Below the pieces are notes generated by a model. The model searched no databases. It worked only from the letters and a program-made list of their open reading frames with translations, and was not told the origin of the DNA. Below, one piece after another: positions 58,911-64,000 of a stretch of DNA of 64,000 nt (its first letter is position 1; every line of letters starts with the position of its first letter). The translations under genes and the position numbers were made by a program. Source of the stretch: Nitrospinales bacterium. Lineage in GTDB: Bacteria > Nitrospinota > Nitrospinia > Nitrospinales > VA-1. The DNA lies in contig CBDCWG010000001.1 in assembly GCA_965223345.1 (NCBI GenBank), forward strand, positions 1 to 64,000. The letters run 5' to 3'.

Positions 58911-59425
58911 GGGAGAAACGGATTCCGGTTTGACGGTGCGCCGGGAAAAAGACGGTGGCGGGTCGTGCAAGGCCGCGGGATGAGGCTCATCCCGGTGGTC
59001 TGGATCGCCTTTTTTCAGCAAGAAGCATACTGCACCCGCAGGCTTTTTTCCAGAATTATCCCGGTGCGGATACGGCGCGCGGTTGCGGTTACGGACGCTC
59101 AAACAGGAAGAGGTGCGCGCCGCAGGCCGAGGCGCGTGAACATCTGAAAGATCAAGGACCTGCCTCGTCTGCACCGGCAACCGGGCGAAAGCAAACCGCT
59201 GTTATTGCAGTGCTTTTTTGTGACCTGCGCCACAGGCGGGATTTTTTCTATGCCTGTCCGGGAACATCTGTGATAACTTTCATTGAAGCCGACCTCTCAA
59301 AAGACGTGCGCGAATGTCTTTCAAAGAGGCGCCTTCCGGGTTTTCGTGGCGCGAGACCCTCATCGATCGTGACGATTTCAGTTTCAACCATCCAATAAAA
59401 ATTCTAACGGAGTCGGGGCGCAATT

Positions 59426-60547
59426 ATGGGCAAAAAGGTATTGGTCACAGGCGGAGCCGGGTTCATCGGTTCCCACACCGTCGATGCACTCATCGAGCGC
59501 GGCGACACAGTGCGGGTTTACGACAACCTGACCGAGCAGGTGCACGGTAAAAATGCGGATCGGCCGCAGTACCTGCACGCGGACGCCGAATTCATCCGCG
59601 GCGATGTCCGCGATCGCGATGCGTTGAAAAAAGCCATGCAGGGCATGGACGTCATCATCCACGACGCCGCGGAAGTCGGCGTCGGGCAGTCCATGTATTC
59701 CATCGACCAGTACATCTCCGCGAACGTGCAGGGTACCGGCATCCTCTGGGACATTCTGGTCAACGACCGCACTTCCATTCAGAAAGTGCTGGTGGCCAGC
59801 TCCATGAGCCTGTACGGCGAGGGCAAATACCGCTGCAACGAGCACGGGGAATTTTCCCCGAAATCGCGTCCCGAAGCGCAGATGAAAGACGGGATCTGGG
59901 AAATGCTGTGCCCGCAATGCCAGGCGCCCGCCGAACCCGTTCCGACCGACGAAGAGAAGGAACTCGACACCACCTCGGTGTACGCGCAGAGCAAAAAGGA
60001 TCAGGAAGTGTATTCCCTGATGATCGGCAAGGCCTACAAGATCCCCACCGTGGCGGGACGCTATTTCAACTGCTACGGCCCGCGCCAGTCGCTCAACAAC
60101 CCGTACACCGGCGCGGCGGCCATCTTCTGCTCCTGCGTGCTCAACGACAAGGCCCCGATGATCTACGAAGACGGACTGCAGCAGCGCGACATGATCAACG
60201 TCAAGGATCTGGTGCGCGCGAAACTGATCCTGCTCGACTCCGCCGAAGCGGACTACGGCATTTTCAATATCGGCACCGGCAAACCCTCATCCATTCTGGA
60301 AATCGCCGAGACCCTCATCAGGTTGCGCAACAAATCCTTCACGCCCAACGTGATCCGCAAGTTCAGAAACGGCGACATCCGGCACTGCTACGCGGACATC
60401 TCGAAAATCCAGCGGCTGGGATTCGAGCCCCGCATCGATCTGAGCCAGGGGCTGGAAGAGTTGATCGCCTGGGGCGACGATCAGGAAACCGTTTCCCGGG
60501 TCGAGGACGCGCACCAGCAGCTGGTGGAACGCGGGCTCGTGAGCTGA
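59426..60547 (+). CDS. NAD-dependent epimerase/dehydratase with Cys/His insertion
   Basis: [38 protein letters not shown]; insertion C..HG...CPQC. Confidence 0.9.
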   Translation: MGKKVLVTGGAGFIGSHTVDALIERGDTVRVYDNLTEQVHGKNADRPQYLHADAEFIRGDVRDRDALKKAMQGMDVIIHDAAEVGVGQSMYSIDQYISANVQGTGILWDILVNDRTSIQKVLVASSMSLYGEGKYRCNEHGEFSPKSRPEAQMKDGIWEMLCPQCQAPAEPVPTDEEKELDTTSVYAQSKKDQEVYSLMIGKAYKIPTVAGRYFNCYGPRQSLNNPYTGAAAIFCSCVLNDKAPMIYEDGLQQRDMINVKDLVRAKLILLDSAEADYGIFNIGTGKPSSILEIAETLIRLRNKSFTPNVIRKFRNGDIRHCYADISKIQRLGFEPRIDLSQGLEELIAWGDDQETVSRVEDAHQQLVERGLVS

Positions 60548-60720
60548 CCGCGCCGCCACTCTGCGGCCGGCGGAGCGCACACCCGGTTGCGGTCCGGTTT
60601 AATTCTGAATTTTTTTCGCAAGCAGCGTTCAAGTCGTTCACCCCGCCTCGATGGTTGGCCGGGTTTTTTTGACAGGCTGTCATCCATCCGGGCGGATTCC
60701 TCGCGTATTTCCTCAACTTC

Positions 60721-62964
60721 ATGGAACCCATGCCCCCAAAAAATCGGCTCGTTTTCGGCGGCGTCTTTTTCGTCTTTTTCCTTTTGCTCACGCCTTTGGG
60801 CGTGTTCAACCCCTGGATTCCCCCGCACACCCAGACCGGCTACTATTCGGTCACGCAGATCGACGGCGGCGACGATTCCGGCTACTACGCCTACCTGCGC
60901 TCGGCGTTTTTCGACGGCGATCTGGATTTCATCAACGAGATTCCCTACGTGCACGCGGAGCGCCTCACGCCCACGGGCTACACCTTCAACAACTGGCAGA
61001 TTGGCCAGGCGCTGCTGTTCCTGCCGTTTTTTCTGATCGGTCACGCGCTGGCGCTGCTCTACGGGGCGCTGGGCTACCCCGTCGCGGCGGACGGATATTC
61101 CGCGCCTTATTATCTGTCCACCGCCATCGCATCCGCCACCTGGGGATTCGCCGGCCTGCTGCTGGTGCAGCGCATGCTCAGGACCTGGGCCGGTCCGCGC
61201 GCGGCCGACATCGCGACGCTGGCCCTGTGGATCGGCTCGCCGCTTTTGTATTTCACCTTCATCCGCCAGCGCATGGCGCACACGGTGGAATTCTTCGCCG
61301 CCGCCGCGTTCCTGTTCGCCTGGCTTCAACTCCGCAAATCCGAAAACCGCTGGCATCCGGTTATGCTGGGCGGGTTGCTGGGATTTCTGTGCAGCGTGCG
61401 CATCCTCAACGTGGTGTTTTTCGCACTGGTTGCGGCGGACCTGTTTTTCAACGTTGTGAAGGATGAGCGCGAATTTCTGTCCGAGCGCCTGCGCAAGGCC
61501 GCGACGCACTTCGCGCTGTTCTCAGGCGGGTTTTTGCTTCTGCTGCTGCCCCAGCTCGTCTGCTGGTATCAATTGAACGGGATGCCGCTGCCGCCCCGGC
61601 ACCTGCATTTTGCCGGAGAGGGGCTGGCCGGATTTTCGTTCGCGGCGTTTTTTGCAAATTTCGCCGCGCTGTTCTGGGGCGCCCGCTGGGGGCTGCTGTT
61701 TTCCATGCCGCTGGCGCTCATCGGTCTTCTGGGTCTGTTTCTCGGCAAAAAGGATTTGGACGGCGCCCGGCCCGCACTGCTCGTCTATCTGGGCAGCCTC
61801 ATTACGGTCATCCTGTTGTACCCGGAGGATTCCGCTTCCTACGGCCAGCGTCACCTGATCTCGGCGCTGCCGGTCTTCGCGCTCGGCCTGGCGTTGTTCA
61901 TCGAGCGTTTTTCCGCACCGCAGGTCGTCTGGCGCAGCGTGCTGGCCGGTGTGGTGCTGCTCGCGGGTCTGCAGTATTTCATGATCGCGCAATACAAGGT
62001 GACCCTGCCGTACAACCATCCCGAATTTTCATTGACCGCGCTCGGCAATATCCCGCAGCTATTGTGGGAGCGGTCGGATCTTTTGCTGCGCTCGACCAAT
62101 TTCGTGCGCCTGCTGTTTCTGCCCAACCCCGAGGGCGCGGACTACCGCGACGTCCTCTTCATGGGCGTCTTCCCCTTGCTGCAGTTCGCGTTTCTGTTCC
62201 TCGCCGGTTGGGTGTTCGTGCGTGCGGACCCGCGGAAAGCCCCGCTGGAAAATCCGAAGATCCGCATGGCGCTGGCCGGTTCGTGTTCTCTCCTGCTGGT
62301 CGGCGTCATTCTCTGGACCGCCCCCGTGAAAAGCGAGCGCGACATCGAGATCCGCAAAACCTATCTCGACCGCATCAGGCAGGGCGATTCCTTGCTCAAG
62401 CAGGGCCAGGTCATGCACGCCCGCACGGCCTACAAGGAGGCCTCCCGGTTGATGCCCGATCACTGGAAGCCGTATTTCAAGATCGCCGTGACCTACAACA
62501 TGCAGGGAAAACTCCACATGGCGAACACGTTTTACGAACAGGGGCTCAGACTGAATCCCGGCCATTCGATCGCCCTCACCAATTTCGGCAGCAATCTGTA
62601 TTTCCGCCACAAGCTCGAAGAGGCGGAAGCGAAGCTTCTGGCCGCGCTGCGTGCCTGGCCGCACAACAAAAACGCTTACAACGTGCTGGCGCAGGTGTAC
62701 GTACGGCAGAACCGCCTGGAAGAGGCGGCGAAGCTGCTCGATGCGGTGCTCAAATTCGACCCCGCCTTTGGAGCAGGACACGCGAACCTCGCGGTGGTGT
62801 ATACTATGCTCAATCAGCACGACAAGGGAAAAGCCCACCTCGAAAAGGCCCGCCAGCAGGGCGTGCAGGGGGAGGGCGTCCAGCAGCTGATCGATTTTTA
62901 CAACAAAGCGGGTTCCACAACCGCAGAGAGCGCGCAGGCGCAACCCGAGACGGCAAGCCCATGA
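60721..62964 (+). CDS. Multi-TM GT-C-like protein with C-terminal TPR repeats
   Basis: GGDDSGYYAYLRS.FFDGDLDF acidic loop after TM1, about 12 TMs, SYGQRH.I, then TPR-like helices. Confidence 0.8.
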   Translation: MEPMPPKNRLVFGGVFFVFFLLLTPLGVFNPWIPPHTQTGYYSVTQIDGGDDSGYYAYLRSAFFDGDLDFINEIPYVHAERLTPTGYTFNNWQIGQALLFLPFFLIGHALALLYGALGYPVAADGYSAPYYLSTAIASATWGFAGLLLVQRMLRTWAGPRAADIATLALWIGSPLLYFTFIRQRMAHTVEFFAAAAFLFAWLQLRKSENRWHPVMLGGLLGFLCSVRILNVVFFALVAADLFFNVVKDEREFLSERLRKAATHFALFSGGFLLLLLPQLVCWYQLNGMPLPPRHLHFAGEGLAGFSFAAFFANFAALFWGARWGLLFSMPLALIGLLGLFLGKKDLDGARPALLVYLGSLITVILLYPEDSASYGQRHLISALPVFALGLALFIERFSAPQVVWRSVLAGVVLLAGLQYFMIAQYKVTLPYNHPEFSLTALGNIPQLLWERSDLLLRSTNFVRLLFLPNPEGADYRDVLFMGVFPLLQFAFLFLAGWVFVRADPRKAPLENPKIRMALAGSCSLLLVGVILWTAPVKSERDIEIRKTYLDRIRQGDSLLKQGQVMHARTAYKEASRLMPDHWKPYFKIAVTYNMQGKLHMANTFYEQGLRLNPGHSIALTNFGSNLYFRHKLEEAEAKLLAALRAWPHNKNAYNVLAQVYVRQNRLEEAAKLLDAVLKFDPAFGAGHANLAVVYTMLNQHDKGKAHLEKARQQGVQGEGVQQLIDFYNKAGSTTAESAQAQPETASP

Positions 62965-63158
62965 TAGACGAGATCGATTACTTCCAGAAAAGAGACAAGT
63001 TTAAGAAAAAGAAAGGCCTGGGGCTGGATGAGGACTGGGACGCCCTGAAGAAAAAACGCAGCGCCCCGGACTCGAAATCGCCCCCGGCCGACAAACCGGA
63101 CAAAAAAAGCCCCCCTTCCTCGCCGCCCGCCGCCCGCAAAAAGCCTTCCAAGTCCTAA
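62961..63158 (+). CDS. Small Lys/Pro/Ser-rich hypothetical protein (65 aa)
   Basis: ATGA overlap with the upstream stop; MIDEIDYFQKRDKFKKKKG...KKPSKS. Confidence 0.5.
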   Translation: MIDEIDYFQKRDKFKKKKGLGLDEDWDALKKKRSAPDSKSPPADKPDKKSPPSSPPAARKKPSKS

Positions 63159-63230
63159 CTGTTTGAAAAATTTCCCTCTTTAAGCTTGGCGGAGAACGTT
63201 CGCAATCGGTTCTCAGGAAAAGCCGGGCAA

Positions 63231-63239
63231 TGCTATACT
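63231..63239 (+). promoter_or_regulatory. Candidate extended -10 promoter (TGCTATACT)
   Basis: TGn + TATACT about 170 nt upstream of ATG 63412. Confidence 0.35.
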
Positions 63240-63411
63240 GTCTGCTGATTTTTCCTGACAGACACGCGCTGCGACGGAACCGCTTCGTTGCCGAACGGCA
63301 GGGCCCGGTATGAGAAAACCGCCGATCCTGTCCGGGCCGGGTGATCCCTGGCGCGCGATGCAGAATAAAGAACTCAATTTTTGAACACGTGAAAAGAGGA
63401 GCGAGTGCACG

Positions 63412-64000
63412 ATGTTTTTCCCCCGTTTGTCCGATTCCCATTGCAAAATGGCCGCCCTCATCCTTCTGTTGTGTGTGTGGATGGCACCGGGCGCCGCGCT
63501 GGCGAGCGTCGATAAAAAAATAGACCTGGCGGACAAAGCGCTGGCTCTGAAAAAGTACACCGAAGCGGAAAAGATCTATTCCGAGGTGCTGGCGGAGGAT
63601 CCGGGAAATTATCGTGTCATGCATTCGCTGGCGCAGGTGCACGTGGGCCAGAAAAAATACAAGGAAGCCGACGCCCTGCTGGAAAAAATTCTGGCGATGG
63701 AAGTCGCCAAGGGGAAACGGGTTCTGGTGACCCTGGAAGGCGAGACCGAAGTGCTGGAAGCGGAACTGGTCGATGAAACGGTGATCATCAAGGAAGAGGG
63801 CAAGAACAACATGCGCAACTACCTGACGCCGGTTCTGCCCGAGCCGGTGCCGCATTACCGGTTGTTCTTCTTCAAAGAGGGGAAGATGGAACTGGTCCCC
63901 AAGCACCGGGCGACGATCCGGTACAAAGGCGTGCCCCTGTATGTGCGTGAAAAGGTGGAGGAAATGCGCGACCAGGTGAAAATGAAACTGATCGCCGGTT
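63412..64000 (+). CDS. Exported TPR-containing protein (partial, runs off the window end)
   Basis: GAGGAG RBS; signal peptide ending ALA; KYTEAEKIYSEVLAEDPGNY.VMHSLAQV TPR; not in the ORF track because no stop lies within the window. Confidence 0.8.
   Translation, partial: MFFPRLSDSHCKMAALILLLCVWMAPGAALASVDKKIDLADKALALKKYTEAEKIYSEVLAEDPGNYRVMHSLAQVHVGQKKYKEADALLEKILAMEVAKGKRVLVTLEGETEVLEAELVDETVIIKEEGKNNMRNYLTPVLPEPVPHYRLFFFKEGKMELVPKHRATIRYKGVPLYVREKVEEMRDQVKMKLIAG

Noticed and set aside
1..64000. CRISPR arrays, tRNA/rRNA genes, IS elements
   Set aside because: No regularly spaced repeats, cloverleaf/rRNA signatures or transposase ORFs recognised; a tool scan would be needed to exclude short or degenerate ones

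Overview
A GC-rich bacterial chromosomal window with no rRNA, tRNA, CRISPR array, integrase or transposase that I can recognise. The taxon cannot be fixed from the sequence alone. The left 8.7 kb holds a PqiABC-type MCE lipid-transport operon, a membrane-anchored LuxR regulator with a divergent DUF2231-like gene, an orphan phage-type replication protein with a C-terminal DnaA-domain-I-like module, and a membrane GGDEF diguanylate cyclase. From about 8.76 kb to the end lies a very large, compositionally mosaic surface-glycan locus. It contains two Wzx-type flippases, about ten GT2/GT4 glycosyltransferases, five GT-C-like membrane proteins (one TMTC-like), WecA, rfbBAD without rfbC, and a GDP-mannose 3,5-epimerase. 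It also has a heavy set of tailoring enzymes: a carbamoyltransferase, three O/N-methyltransferases, and two B12 radical-SAM enzymes with a flavin reductase. A strongly AT-rich block (~12.4-24 kb) carries mostly orphan membrane proteins and a gene split at a T9 tract. The standout candidate for an undescribed system is at 29592-32673. There, a translationally coupled 2-oxoacid-dehydrogenase E1alpha/E1beta pair is followed by a chimeric E2-like protein: lipoyl domain + peripheral-subunit-binding-like domain + PglD/NeuD-type sugar acyltransferase. This suggests a dedicated ThDP/lipoyl relay that acylates an amino-sugar, possibly without CoA. That function is inference, not demonstrated. All family assignments come from motif recognition by eye; no database searches were run.
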